64,000 nucleotides of DNA from an uncultured Chthonomonadaceae bacterium (GTDB taxonomy: Bacteria > Armatimonadota > Chthonomonadetes > Chthonomonadales > Chthonomonadaceae), in contig CAWFQB010000003.1 in the NCBI GenBank assembly GCA_963817895.1, forward strand, positions 544,001 through 608,000, written 5' to 3'. How positions within the stretch are numbered: position 1 is the stretch's first letter; each line of letters opens with the position of its first letter. Positions 40,981 to 51,412 of this stretch are shown here, piece after piece. The position numbers and the translations under genes were made by a program. The notes below the pieces were generated by a model. It was not told where the DNA came from and did no database searches. It worked only from the letters and a program-made list of their open reading frames with translations.

Positions 40981-41400
40981 TTAATTCTTGAATTTGGAGG
41001 CTTCCTTCGCGAGATGGGGGGCGAGCATTTCGGCGGAAAATCGGACGAACTGTGTGGGCGGTTTCACGGTGGGCCTGAAGAGGCACAGGAGTCCCTGCTG
41101 AAGGTCTTCACAATAGATCACGTTCGCCATTGCGCCATTGATGGTCATGCCGCCGTGAATGAAGTTGTATTCCTTCACTCGTATCAGGCGCAGGTTGTCC
41201 AATTTTACCCGATCCGTTTTGAAAATCTGGCCGCCGATCTGCCCCAGCAGTTGCAGTAGGAGTTCGTTTTCGGCAGGTTCGCCCACGTCGAAGAATTTTG
41301 GGTCTTCCCCGAAATGGTCGAAGAAATATTCAAAGACTTCGGAGAAATCTTTCGCCGTAGAAATTTTAAAGCGCAACGTTTCGAGCAGGGAAATGTCCAT
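40981..41400 (-). CDS. hypothetical protein
   Basis: 139-aa ORF, YFFDHFGEDP.F; protein-like composition. Confidence 0.7.
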   Translation of the reverse strand: MDISLLETLRFKISTAKDFSEVFEYFFDHFGEDPKFFDVGEPAENELLLQLLGQIGGQIFKTDRVKLDNLRLIRVKEYNFIHGGMTINGAMANVIYCEDLQQGLLCLFRPTVKPPTQFVRFSAEMLAPHLAKEASKFKN

Positions 41401-41578
41401 TGGTTTGTGTCTTTCGTCAGTCAGGGTTGTGGGATAATTAGGTCCGATCTGCAATGATAGTTCGTCATTTTGCGCCTACATTCCTTTTACCAGCAGTTTT
41501 GTTTTTGGAGGCATCGCATCACGCGCTGAAGTTCGCGCCAAATTTGTCAGGATGCGGTTTGCAAATTCATTTTAACTT

Positions 41579-42729
41579 TTATGCGTACACGCGGCGCAGG
41601 TGAAATTCCAGGCGGTAGTGAGCCTGTCCGCAGCGTACATCGAGGAATTTAACCACATCCTGTTCGCCATTGATCTGGCGCGCGGTTTCCACCTCCTCGC
41701 GCGTCCACTTGAGCGTGGTCATGCCCATCAGGGTATCATGGCCGCATCCTGCAATCGTTTCCTGAACATGATCTTTCAGCGCAGGACATAAATCGGGTTG
41801 CGTCAAATCCGTTTTCCCCAGGAACTCGCGATCCATGACGATGCCGCTCCACAATTCCGTTGCCTTGTGTTCGCCCCATTCGTCGGGCGTCTGCACAGCG
41901 TAACTATTCACATCCCAGCGCTTGCCCAACAATCCGTGACGGAAGTTGTTGACGTTGCCCAACCCGATATGGAACACGGAGTTCTCCGGATTGGTGACGG
42001 GCTGAACCTGTCCCGCATCGTCGCGCCTGCCACCCATCATCAGTTCCGATTCGACGCGCATGGAGCTGTGTACGTCCTCATACGCGCCATGCGCAATGGT
42101 CTTCCAGTTCTGGCTGTCTGCGGCTATACCCAGCAGATAGGGATAATCCGCCTCGCCGGACTTTGACGTTCGCAGGCACTTCAAGCCTTTGAACAGCGAT
42201 AAATAGAGAGGCTTTTGAACGGGCAGAACCGTAAGGATAACCGCGTTGCTCCGCGCCCCGTCCTCGGCTTCAACAAGGGTCAGGCGATAATCCCCTTCGC
42301 AGAGTTGTTCGGGTAAAGTAACGCTTTTCAGCGTGTTCCAGCCGTAAGCGTCCAATTGCTGCGGCGAACCGAAAGGATTGTTCAGCGGTTCCAGAATGGC
42401 GGTCGCCTGCGCGGGCAGATCGCAGCCATGCGCGTACAGCGTTTCGCCGGACAGAATGACATGCGCGCCCTCGGCTTCATGCCCCGTTTCCCGCGCTTTT
42501 CTGGAAAACACGGCGTCAATCGTCGGCAGCGTTTCGGCAGGATTGTCGCGTCCGGTTGCGAGAAGGTGCGTAATCGTCAGCGCGTCCGGCAGGCGAACGG
42601 GAAACACATCCGTATTCGGCGCGTTGGGAAAACCGACGCTTCTGCCTGCGTCCCAATTTTCGTCGGCGCGGACGAGAACGACATCAGGTATGTCGCGTCA
42701 GAAGTATTTTGTTCTTGAACAGCAATCAT
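41579..42729 (-). CDS. hypothetical protein with Ig/IPT-like N-terminal region (frameshift near 42700)
   Basis: AAGGAG RBS before ATG 42729; P.IDAV..G..V.LSG..L and RSNAV.LTV patterns. Confidence 0.6.
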
Positions 42730-42821
42730 TGGTTGGCTCCTTGAAGATGAATAAGATAGGATTTGACTGACTGCGCGTTGCGTCATGTGTTGTCGCCGCA
42801 TTTCAGGTCAGGTTCGTGGCT

Positions 42822-42886
42822 ATTTTAATCTGCCTGCGTCATGAAAACGCTTTAGATGTGTCAGAATACTGTTATATTAGCGTTAT
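42822..42886 (-). promoter_or_regulatory. putative SARP-dependent promoter with four in-phase heptamers
   Basis: Minus strand: ATAACGC, ATAACAG, CTGACAC, (one non-matching slot), ATGACGC at 11-bp phase, then 8 nt, then TAAAAT (42822-27); divergent from regulator 3. Confidence 0.7.
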
Positions 42887-42902
42887 AAAAGAGGACGGCA
42901 CA

Positions 42903-45900
42903 ATGGCGGCCAAAGATTTGGCGGTCTGGCGCGTACAAATGTTTAATGGCTTGAGGGTACAGCAGGGCGCGCGAAGCGTGGATCATTTCGACACGCGCCG
43001 CGCCGCTTCGCTGCTGGCCTATTTCGCCTTTTATCCGCATCGGGCGCATCCCCGCGAAGAACTGGCCGAAATGCTGTGGCCCGACGAAGATATGGATGTG
43101 ACGCGGCTGCGGCTGCGGCAGGTGCTGAACACCATTCGCCGCGCGCTCGACAGCCCGGACGGAGCGAAAGACGGCCTGCTGCTGTCCGATCGAACCTTCG
43201 CGCGCGTCAACGCCGAACATTTGACGACCGATGTGCGAGAATTTGAGAGTTTGCGTAAGTCCGCGTCCCAAACCGAAGACATATTCCTGCGCGTAGACAA
43301 GTTGCAGCAAGCCGTCGCCCTGTATCAGGGTGATCTGTTGCCGGGTTTTTATGAGGATTGGGTCGAGCAGGAGCGCCGGCGTTTACAGGAAGCGTATCGC
43401 GAAACCCTGCTGCGACTGGCTGCGTCGCAGGGGGAAAGTGGCGACCTACAGGGGGGACTGGAAAGCGCGCGCAAAATCATCGCTGTGCATACGCTGGACG
43501 AGGAGGCGAACCAGGTCTATATTCGCCTGTGCGCGCAGGCAGGCCGTCCCGCCGAGGCCCTGCGACAGTATCAGACGTTGGAACAGGCGCTGTGGAAAGA
43601 GTTGCGTACGCTGCCTTCCCTGGAACTGCAAGCCCTGACATCTCAAATTCGCGGCGCAGGCATAGCGCCCGCTTTGCCCGCGCAAAAGCTGTCTGCATTG
43701 CCTGCCGCAAATCCTCCTGTTCTTCCCCGTTCCATGCCTGCCGCGCCGTCCTCTGCTTCAACCGAAGAGGAGATCATGGAAGCGGCAGCGCCCTCAATTG
43801 CTGTCGCGCCGCCGGTTGCCACAGCGCTGACCCCCTTTTTCGGCAGGCAACAGGAGATCAAAGAACTAACTGTGCTGCTGCGCCCGCCGCAATCCGCGCC
43901 TGCGACCGGACCCTCAACACACGTTTCACGTCTGGTAACGCTTGTCGGGCAGGGTGGATCAGGCAAGACACGCCTGGCGCAGGAGGTGGCGCGCGAATTG
44001 CAGTCAGCCTACGCGCAGCGCGTATGGTTCGTCTCGCTGGCGGACATACAGGACGGCGCGCGTATCCCGGAAAAGATCGCGGAGGCCATCTATCCCGATT
44101 CTGCCCCGGATGCGAGGGCGCTGGAGCGCGTTGTGGAAGAATTGAACCGGCAGCCCACGCTCCTCGCGCTGGATAATTTCGAGCAGGTGACGGCGACGGG
44201 GACAAACGTGATACAGGAATTGCTGGAACGCGCGGGCAGTCTGCGCTGTCTCGTCACGTCCCGGCAAACGCTTAATCTCGCGGGGGAGCGCCGATTTGAC
44301 GTGCCGCCCCTGCCGACGCCCGAGCCTGTGGCAGAATGGGCGCGGGAGGGTGAGCAGGGGACGGACGAGACGCGGGAAGAATGGGAGCAGGTGGCGCAAA
44401 CGCCCAGCGTACAGCTTTTCACGGATCGCGCCCGCAATGTGCTGCCGCAATTCGAGATCACCCCCCAAAATGCGGACTGTATAGCGCAGATTTGCCGATA
44501 TGTAGAGGGCGTACCCCTGTCTCTGGAATTGGCGGCTGCCTGGATGGCGGTTCTGGAACCGGCGCAATTGCTGCAAAGGCTGCAAGATCGGTTTACGCTT
44601 CTGGTCAATCAGCAGGACAGCGCGCCATCGCGCCATCGCAGTCTGTACGCGACTGTTGAATGGAGTTACGAGCAGCTTGCGCCTCCGGCGCAGTGTCTGT
44701 TCGCCAATCTGAGCGTGTTCCGCAATGGCTGGACGCTGGAAGCCGCCGAAGCGGTTGGCGAGGAGCCGCAAACCTTCGCGTATCTGACGCAGTTGCTGCG
44801 CCATTCGTTGATTTCGCGGGAAGGCGGCGCGGGCGGTGGGCGCTTTCGGATGCTGGAAACCCTGCGTGATTTTGTCGGTTCGCGTCTGGAAGAGGCGCGC
44901 CGTGAGCGACTGCGTGAGCGCCATGCCGCGTATTACCTGGAACTTGCCGAGCGCGCGTCGGAACACCTGACGGGGTCGGAACAGGCGCAGTGGCTGGAGC
45001 GGTTACAGGAGGAAAACGACAACCTGCGGGCCGCTCTGGACTGGTGTGTGGAAGCCGCCGACCGCCAATCGCCAACCGCCATTGCAAGTGGCCTCCGCTT
45101 CGTGACAGCATTATGGCGCTTCTGGGAAGTACGGTGTTCTTACGGGGATGCGGAACACTGGATAGAAAAGATACTGGCATCGAGTTTGCAGGCCGATCCT
45201 GTCTTGCGGGCGCGGACGCTGGAAAGCGCAGGGAATTTTGCCCTGAACGCGCGAGCGCACGCGCAGGCGCAGAGCAGAGTGGAAGCAAGCGTTCGCCTGT
45301 ATCAGGACACAGGTGAAATGCGCGGTTTGGGCAGCGCATTGAGCGTATTAGGAGCGATCCTGCGGGATCAGGGCGATGTGAACGCGGCCAAACCCATGTT
45401 CGCCGAATCGCTGCGCATCATGCGGGAAACCAGAAATACGTTCGGGATTGCGCGAGCGTTGGGCGGGTTGGGGATTATTGCCGCGCTGGAGAACGATGCG
45501 GTTGAGGCGCACTCGCTGCTGGAGCAAAGCGCGGCTATGTACCGAATCTGCGGCCACCGCAAGGGCATCGCGTGGTGCTATTATGAGCGTGGGCTTGTGG
45601 CGGGCAGGCAGGGGGACAATGATCTGAGCCTGACCCTGTTTCTGGAGGGTTTGCCTGTTTCGCGGCTGCTGCGGGACGGCGTGGGAATCGGGTTTGCCTG
45701 CTTCAACATCGGCGCGGCGTATCAGCAGCGGGGCGAGTATGCGCGCGCCGGGGAAGCGGCGCGGGAAGCGCTTCAGGCCGCGCGGCGTGGTGGCCTGATC
45801 GCGCGCGAAGTCGTCAATCTGATGTGGCTTGGCGACCTGGCCTGTGATCAGGACGAGTGGGCGCGGGGCGAACGGTACTTCAAAGCCGCGTTGACGCGGG

Positions 45901-46185
45901 CAATCCAGAGACAATTTCATCCGGGTACACTGGCCCTGCTCGAACGCCTGGCAATTCTCGCCTGTAAGCTGGACAAGCGCGAACGGGCTGTGTGTTTAAT
46001 CAGCGCGGCGCAAAGCCTGCCGAATATGGAGCGCCTGGACCATCCCAACCCCCCGCGCTTCCTGAGCGGAGAGTTGGGGGCAGGCTTGCGGCAGGTTTCT
46101 GCGTTGCCCGAATTCGCGCATGTTCGCGCGCGGGCAGATGCTGTCACTGGAACAAGCCTGCGAACTTGCGCTTGAAGATTCGTGA
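42903..46185 (+). CDS. SARP/AfsR-like regulator 3 (wHTH-BTAD + ATPase + TPR)
   Basis: WRVQMF..LLAYFA..REELAEMLWP; GQGGSGKT; LALDNFEQ; GVPLSLELAAA; TPRs; true end GQMLSLEQACELALEDS* needs a frameshift near 46130. Confidence 0.9.
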
Positions 46186-46222
46186 GCGCGTGAGATGCGC
46201 CTTTTCCGACAGGATGCGGTTT

Positions 46223-46676
46223 ATGACGCCTGAACAAAAAAAATTAATACGTTCCTCTTTTCAGCGCCTGATGGCCGAACCGGATGGTTTTGCGGAGACT
46301 TTTTACCGGCGTTTATTCACGCTCGACCCCGCTGCGCAGGCATTGTTTCATGTGGATATGCGGGAGCAGGGGACAAAGTTCGTCGCCATGATGCAGGCCG
46401 CGCTGGAGTGTATGGAACAACTGGACAAAATCGTTCCCGCTTTGTGGCAGATGGGCAAGCGGCACGGCGGCTACGGCGTCCAGAGCGAGCATTATGAGTC
46501 CGCGCTGGATTGCCCTTCTGGAAGCCATGAAAGAGCGGGATGGCGCCGCGTTCACTCCTGAAACGGAAGCCGCCTGGAATCAGTTGTACAACCTTATGGC
46601 GGCTGCAATGGAGCAGGCCGCCTCAGAGGGCATTATCGCTCGCCCGAATAGCCGGGCCGCGCAACAGTCGGAGTAG
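46223..46676 (+). CDS. single-domain globin (frameshift near 46500)
   Basis: MTPEQ..LIR.SF, FY.RLF..DP....LF, Q..K, G.RH..YGV...HY, FTPE...AW..LY. Confidence 0.85.
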
Positions 46677-46791
46677 TGTTTCCGGTTACAAGAGTTACGC
46701 AAGAGTTTATGCTCTGGTAATGTCCGTCGCGACAGGGTATAACCGCTACGGCGCTGATGACGGAAGCGGCTTTGCGAACAAGGAGAAAAAC

Positions 46792-47197
46792 ATGCGACTT
46801 TTACAGATGTTTATGGCGCTCATCCTGTTTGTAAGCGGGGTAAACTTGATGGGGTGCGCGCGGCTCTCCGCAGTATTCGCTCGTCGGCAAGTGGCAGATG
46901 ATAGCCGACAACGGGTACGGCGCAAACACCATTGACTTTACGAAGGATGGCAAGTTTCTGCAATCCACGCTGATGATGGATGCCGGACAGGTGTTCATCG
47001 AAGGCAACTATGCGCTGGACGGCGATGTGCTGACCCTGACGCCGAGCAAGGCGACAGCGGTAATCCCGCAGTTTCAATCACAGGTGCAAGCGGTGGGAAT
47101 GCAAACCTCGAGAGCGCATCTGCAATGGGAGCATTTCGGGATGGTTCGCTTCATGGTCAATGGCGCAAAAGCGGCGGAACTGCACAAACTACAGTAG
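46792..47197 (+). CDS. putative lipoprotein (frameshifted)
   Basis: AAGGAG RBS; lipobox LMGC; continues LVGKW..F.KDG.F..G.Y.LDGD.L. Confidence 0.6.
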
Positions 47198-47292
47198 GCA
47201 GGCCGGTATCCTTGTGCTATAATTCAAACAAATCACCTGTCTTCAATCCTGCCGACATCATTTCACGAGCATTTTCATAATAAAGAGCCGCA

Positions 47293-48696
47293 ATGAAACT
47301 TCAGTTTGAAAATTTGGGTCCGCTGGTTACGGGAGAGTTGGAACTGGCGGATTTGACGGTTATCTGCGGCGAAAATAATACCGGCAAAACCTACTTGACG
47401 TACACGCTTTACGGACTGCTGCAAACGCTGACAACGTTCATCAAACTGCCGGACTTTGATTTGCAGCCGCTACGCCAAACCGGGGTTGCCGAAATCAATC
47501 TCGCCACCAGAATTATTCGTCACACACCGGAACTGGTACAGCAGGCTGTCGAAGAGTATTGCGTCAATCTGCATCGCGTTTTGGCGGCGCAAAACAACCG
47601 CTTTGTAAACACCAAACTACAGCTATTGCTTGATTTTAAGGATATTTTGAAGCCAGAGTACAATCGTAAATTTACGACGGATCGGAACCGGCGTATTCTC
47701 ACATTCCAAAAGCCTGCCGACGACAACGTTCTGACTATCAATGCGGCGGCGGAAGCGGGCAACGAAACGATCCGAAGTTTTCAGTATCAACCATTGATTG
47801 AACGAGTGGTCAAGGAGATATGTTTTGATCCGGTTCTGCTAAAGCCGTTCATTGTCAGCACAGAGCGCACAGGCGCAGTAACGTTTCAGGGCGAATTGAA
47901 CCTTGCCAAAAACCGCCTGTTCGATCTTGCCAGCGAGGTGACGGACGCGGCCAGTCTGAACCCGGCGCAGTTGCTGGAACGGGTGTATGGCGGCGGTTAT
48001 CCGATGCCGGTGCGCGACAATGTGGATTTTATCAACTCGCTTGCAAGTGTACAAACGCAGGAGAGCGAACTGCTGCAAACTCATCCCGGCATTTTAGAGG
48101 ATTTTGAAAACCTTATTGGCGGTAGTTACAAACTGCTGAACAATGTGCTGCATTTTGTACCCAAAGGGACACGCGGTGTTCGGCTGCGCATGGGCGAAAG
48201 TTCCAGCGCGGTTCGTTCCCTTGTTATTTTGGGTTATTATCTAAAGCATCGCGCCCGGAGAGGCGATTTGCTGATGATTGATGAGCCGGAATTGAACCTT
48301 CACCCCGCTAATCAGCGCAGGCTTGCCCGCCTGCTGGCGCGTCTGGTTAACGTGGGCATCAAGGTGTTCGTTACCACACACAGCGATTACATTGTGAAAG
48401 AGTTCAACACGCTGATTATGCTCAATGTGAAAGCGCCTCGTTTGAACGATGTGCGCGCGAAGTACCACTATTCGGCGCAGGACTGCCTCGCGTATGATGC
48501 CGTACGTGTGTACGTGCTACGCGAAGACTTTGTGCTGAAAAGCGGGCATACGCGCAAAACTAAAGCGCCGACGCTATGCGTTGCGCCCATCAGCCCGACA
48601 TTGGGAATTGAAGTCGCCAGTTTTGACGAAACCATCAATGACATGACGGCTGTGCAGCAAAGCATTTACTATCATTTTGATAATGAGGAAGCGTAG
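47293..48696 (+). CDS. ABC/AAA_15-21 family ATPase
   Basis: GENNTGKT Walker A, SSSAVRS signature, IDEPELNLHP Walker B/D-loop, TTHSDY switch. Confidence 0.9.
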   Translation: MKLQFENLGPLVTGELELADLTVICGENNTGKTYLTYTLYGLLQTLTTFIKLPDFDLQPLRQTGVAEINLATRIIRHTPELVQQAVEEYCVNLHRVLAAQNNRFVNTKLQLLLDFKDILKPEYNRKFTTDRNRRILTFQKPADDNVLTINAAAEAGNETIRSFQYQPLIERVVKEICFDPVLLKPFIVSTERTGAVTFQGELNLAKNRLFDLASEVTDAASLNPAQLLERVYGGGYPMPVRDNVDFINSLASVQTQESELLQTHPGILEDFENLIGGSYKLLNNVLHFVPKGTRGVRLRMGESSSAVRSLVILGYYLKHRARRGDLLMIDEPELNLHPANQRRLARLLARLVNVGIKVFVTTHSDYIVKEFNTLIMLNVKAPRLNDVRAKYHYSAQDCLAYDAVRVYVLREDFVLKSGHTRKTKAPTLCVAPISPTLGIEVASFDETINDMTAVQQSIYYHFDNEEA

Positions 48697-48699
48697 GGC

Positions 48700-49335
48700 A
48701 TGACCGTCATCGAAAAGATAGTCAACCTGATGCACTGTGAAAAGGTTGATGGCAGAACGGCGGATCATGCGCTGCTGGAAGAGACGGATACGACGGCCAA
48801 ACTCAAGAAGCTAACCCTGTCTGACCTGCAAACCGATATGTTGGTGCTGAAAATAGATGCAGGTCGCAAGGTTGTTCAGGGGCGCAGTGTCGTAGCCGTG
48901 TGCATGTCGCCCTTATTTACCACAATGGGAGCAGGCGACCACAACTGCGCCTGTGACGCGGTAGTTGTGCGTGAGCGGAAGGCCGGCGTCTGCGAAATCG
49001 TCTATATTGATTTGAAGTCGGACGATCCTTCAGGGTTTGCGGGGCAATTCAAAAGTACGCGTTGCTTCATGCGGTACGTGAAGGAACTCATCAATGATCT
49101 ATACACTCAGCCAAACGAGGAGCCAATGACGATTGGGCGGGAGCGATTTATTGTGTTTCATACGGACAGCCGAAACGCCCGCCCGAGTTTGGGTAAGCAG
49201 CCAACCCGCTTCACGCCTGCTGCCGCTAATAGTCCCAACGCGCCTGAAAAAACATATTGTATTGGACGGTATGATGAAACGCTGTACCGAGTTGTTCTGA
49301 TAAATTTACGCAACAGCCGCGATGCAGTGGGATAA
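48700..49335 (+). CDS. hypothetical protein, PD-(D/E)XK-like, coupled to ATPase
   Basis: Starts 3 nt after ATPase stop; CDAVVV...YIDLKS; true end may be 49300 if the A6 run near 49250 is miscalled. Confidence 0.65.
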   Translation: MTVIEKIVNLMHCEKVDGRTADHALLEETDTTAKLKKLTLSDLQTDMLVLKIDAGRKVVQGRSVVAVCMSPLFTTMGAGDHNCACDAVVVRERKAGVCEIVYIDLKSDDPSGFAGQFKSTRCFMRYVKELINDLYTQPNEEPMTIGRERFIVFHTDSRNARPSLGKQPTRFTPAAANSPNAPEKTYCIGRYDETLYRVVLINLRNSRDAVG

Positions 49336-49390
49336 ACAAACGAAAGAATTTGACAAATACAAGTCAGCGAGAAAAAGGACGAGACAAAGC

Positions 49391-50413
49391 ATGATAGTGG
49401 TGATGGCGGCCAGCGCAACGGAAGCGCAAATCAAAGACGTGGAACAGCGCATACAGGATTGGGGCTACGGCGTTCATCCGATTTACGGCGCGGAGCGGAC
49501 AGTTATCGGCGCGGTGGGAGTGCCGGACGCGGACAAATCGCGGTACATGGAGTCGCTGGAAGCCCTGCCGTTTGTGGAGCAGGTGATCGCGATCCTGCGC
49601 CCTTATAAATTCGCAAGCCGCGAGTTTCACCCGGAACCGACAGTTATTGACGTGCGCGGCGTGAAGGTGGGCGGCAACAACATCACCCTGATGGCCGGCC
49701 CCTGTACCGTGGAAACATACGAGCAGACGTGGGAATCCGCAGTGGCCTGCAAAGCGGCGGGCGCGACCATTCTGCGCGGCGGCGCGTACAAGCCTTCGAC
49801 AAGCCCGTACTCGTTTCAGGGACACGGCGAACCCGCGCTGAAAATACTTAAAGAGATCGCGGACAAACTGGACATGCGCGTGATTACCGAAGTGATGGAC
49901 CCGCGCAATGTGGAGATGGTCTGCCAGTACGCCGACATTCTGCAAATCGGAACGCGCAACATGCAAAATTACGATCTGCTGCGCGAAGTGGGCAAGGTGA
50001 AAACAGCGGTCATGGTGAAGCGCGGGATGTGGGCCAAAATCGAAGAGTGGTTACAGGCGGCGGAATACGTGCTTTTGGGCGGCAACCCGAACGTGATGCT
50101 GTGCGAACGCGGCATCCGCACCTTCGAGACATACACCCGCAACACGCTGGATTTATCCGCCGTGCCTGCCGCCAAAGAACTGTCGCACCTGCCCGTAATT
50201 GTGGACCCGAGTCAGGGTACGGGCAAGCGTAGCCTTGTCGTCGCCATGACCAAAGCCTCTGTCGCAGTCGGCGCGGACGGCCTGCTCATCGAAGTGCATC
50301 CGCACCCCGATCAGGCCCTCAAAGACGGGGCGCAGCAATTGACGACCGGCAACATCGGCCCGCTCATGGAAGAACTCAAACCCATCGCGCTGGCGGTGGG
50401 CAGAACCATATAA
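49391..50413 (+). CDS. aroF: 3-deoxy-7-phosphoheptulonate (DAHP) synthase, type I-beta
   Basis: MIVVM ferredoxin-like domain, [49 protein letters not shown]. Confidence 0.93.
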   Translation: MIVVMAASATEAQIKDVEQRIQDWGYGVHPIYGAERTVIGAVGVPDADKSRYMESLEALPFVEQVIAILRPYKFASREFHPEPTVIDVRGVKVGGNNITLMAGPCTVETYEQTWESAVACKAAGATILRGGAYKPSTSPYSFQGHGEPALKILKEIADKLDMRVITEVMDPRNVEMVCQYADILQIGTRNMQNYDLLREVGKVKTAVMVKRGMWAKIEEWLQAAEYVLLGGNPNVMLCERGIRTFETYTRNTLDLSAVPAAKELSHLPVIVDPSQGTGKRSLVVAMTKASVAVGADGLLIEVHPHPDQALKDGAQQLTTGNIGPLMEELKPIALAVGRTI

Positions 50414-50520
50414 ACCATGGAGAACACGGAGGGAAGAAAGGAAAAGAGGAGAGTGGGAACCGCGAAACACACCAAACAAACCAAGAAAGACAAAAGAGAA
50501 TAGACAGGATTAACAGGATT
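50412..50520 (+). repeat. intergenic composite nonamer-type repeat cassette
   Basis: ACCATGGAG-AACACGGAG; AACCGCGAAACACACCAAACAAACCAA; GACAGGATT-AACAGGATT. Confidence 0.65.
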
Positions 50521-50654
50521 TCTCGGGGTTAGATAAAATAATAGTCAAGTTGCTGAAACAATTATTTTGGAGGTATTTATAGCGTAAAATGGCAATTCAC
50601 GCGGAAAATAGAGCGGTCAGGGAGAATTGAGGAGAACACAACCTACCTGGACAA

Positions 50655-51080
50655 TCAGGGGGTCCAATCCGCGTACTGCAAGCCGGGAATGCGGGCAAAG
50701 TCACGGGTGTTGCGGGTGAGGAGAATGGCGTTGTTGGCAAGCGTGATAGCGGCGATTTTCAAGTCTTGCGTACCGATGCGGATTTTTAACTGTTTCAGGC
50801 GCTCGTACTCTGCTGCCGCTTTCTCCTCAAAGTCTACAACGGCAATTTTAGTATAAACCGCAAGATGTGATTTCAAACGACGATACGCCGCAATCAGCGC
50901 GTCGGGTGTTCGCGCCTTTGCGCTGACGGCAAGCCAACCCCGCATCTGCTCCTCATAACTAACGACAGTCGTGGCAATATCGTCCGGTGGGATCATGGCT
51001 ACTCGCGCTTTCAACCGCAAGGCTTCCGGGCCTCCCCGTTCAATCAGGCTCATGTTATCCGTGTCAAGCAGGTATATCAT
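50655..51080 (-). CDS. vapC: VapC PIN-domain toxin
   Basis: YLLDTD, S.EE...G, IGTQDLKIAAI.L, LLTRN.RDF. Confidence 0.9.
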   Translation of the reverse strand: MIYLLDTDNMSLIERGGPEALRLKARVAMIPPDDIATTVVSYEEQMRGWLAVSAKARTPDALIAAYRRLKSHLAVYTKIAVVDFEEKAAAEYERLKQLKIRIGTQDLKIAAITLANNAILLTRNTRDFARIPGLQYADWTP

Positions 51081-51291
51081 TATCCTCGTCATTTTCTATA
51101 CCCTGCGAATTGCGCCATTCGCGCCCGTAGCGTACCGCTTCCTCAAAAAGCGGATCGTCCGCAAAGATACCGAAAATCTGATCTACCCAGTGCGTTGCTT
51201 TCGACGCCGGTTCCTGATCCAGTCGCTGTTTCAACTGCGCCATTTCTGTTTCTAATGCCGTCAATCGCGCTTCCAACGTATCACTTGCCAT
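51064..51291 (-). CDS. cognate antitoxin
   Basis: LEARL.ALE.E...LK; W..IFG.F.DDP.FEEA...GREWR; overlaps toxin start. Confidence 0.8.
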   Translation of the reverse strand: MASDTLEARLTALETEMAQLKQRLDQEPASKATHWVDQIFGIFADDPLFEEAVRYGREWRNSQGIENDEDNDIPA

Positions 51292-51412
51292 TAGTGGCCC
51301 TCCTCGCATCTTTAGTGTTTGTTACAAACATTATATCACGTTCTGGTATGTGGGAGGGCGTGGACCTCGCATTGGCTTTTCCTCTGTGTCTCTAACGAAG
51401 CGGGTGGTGAAT

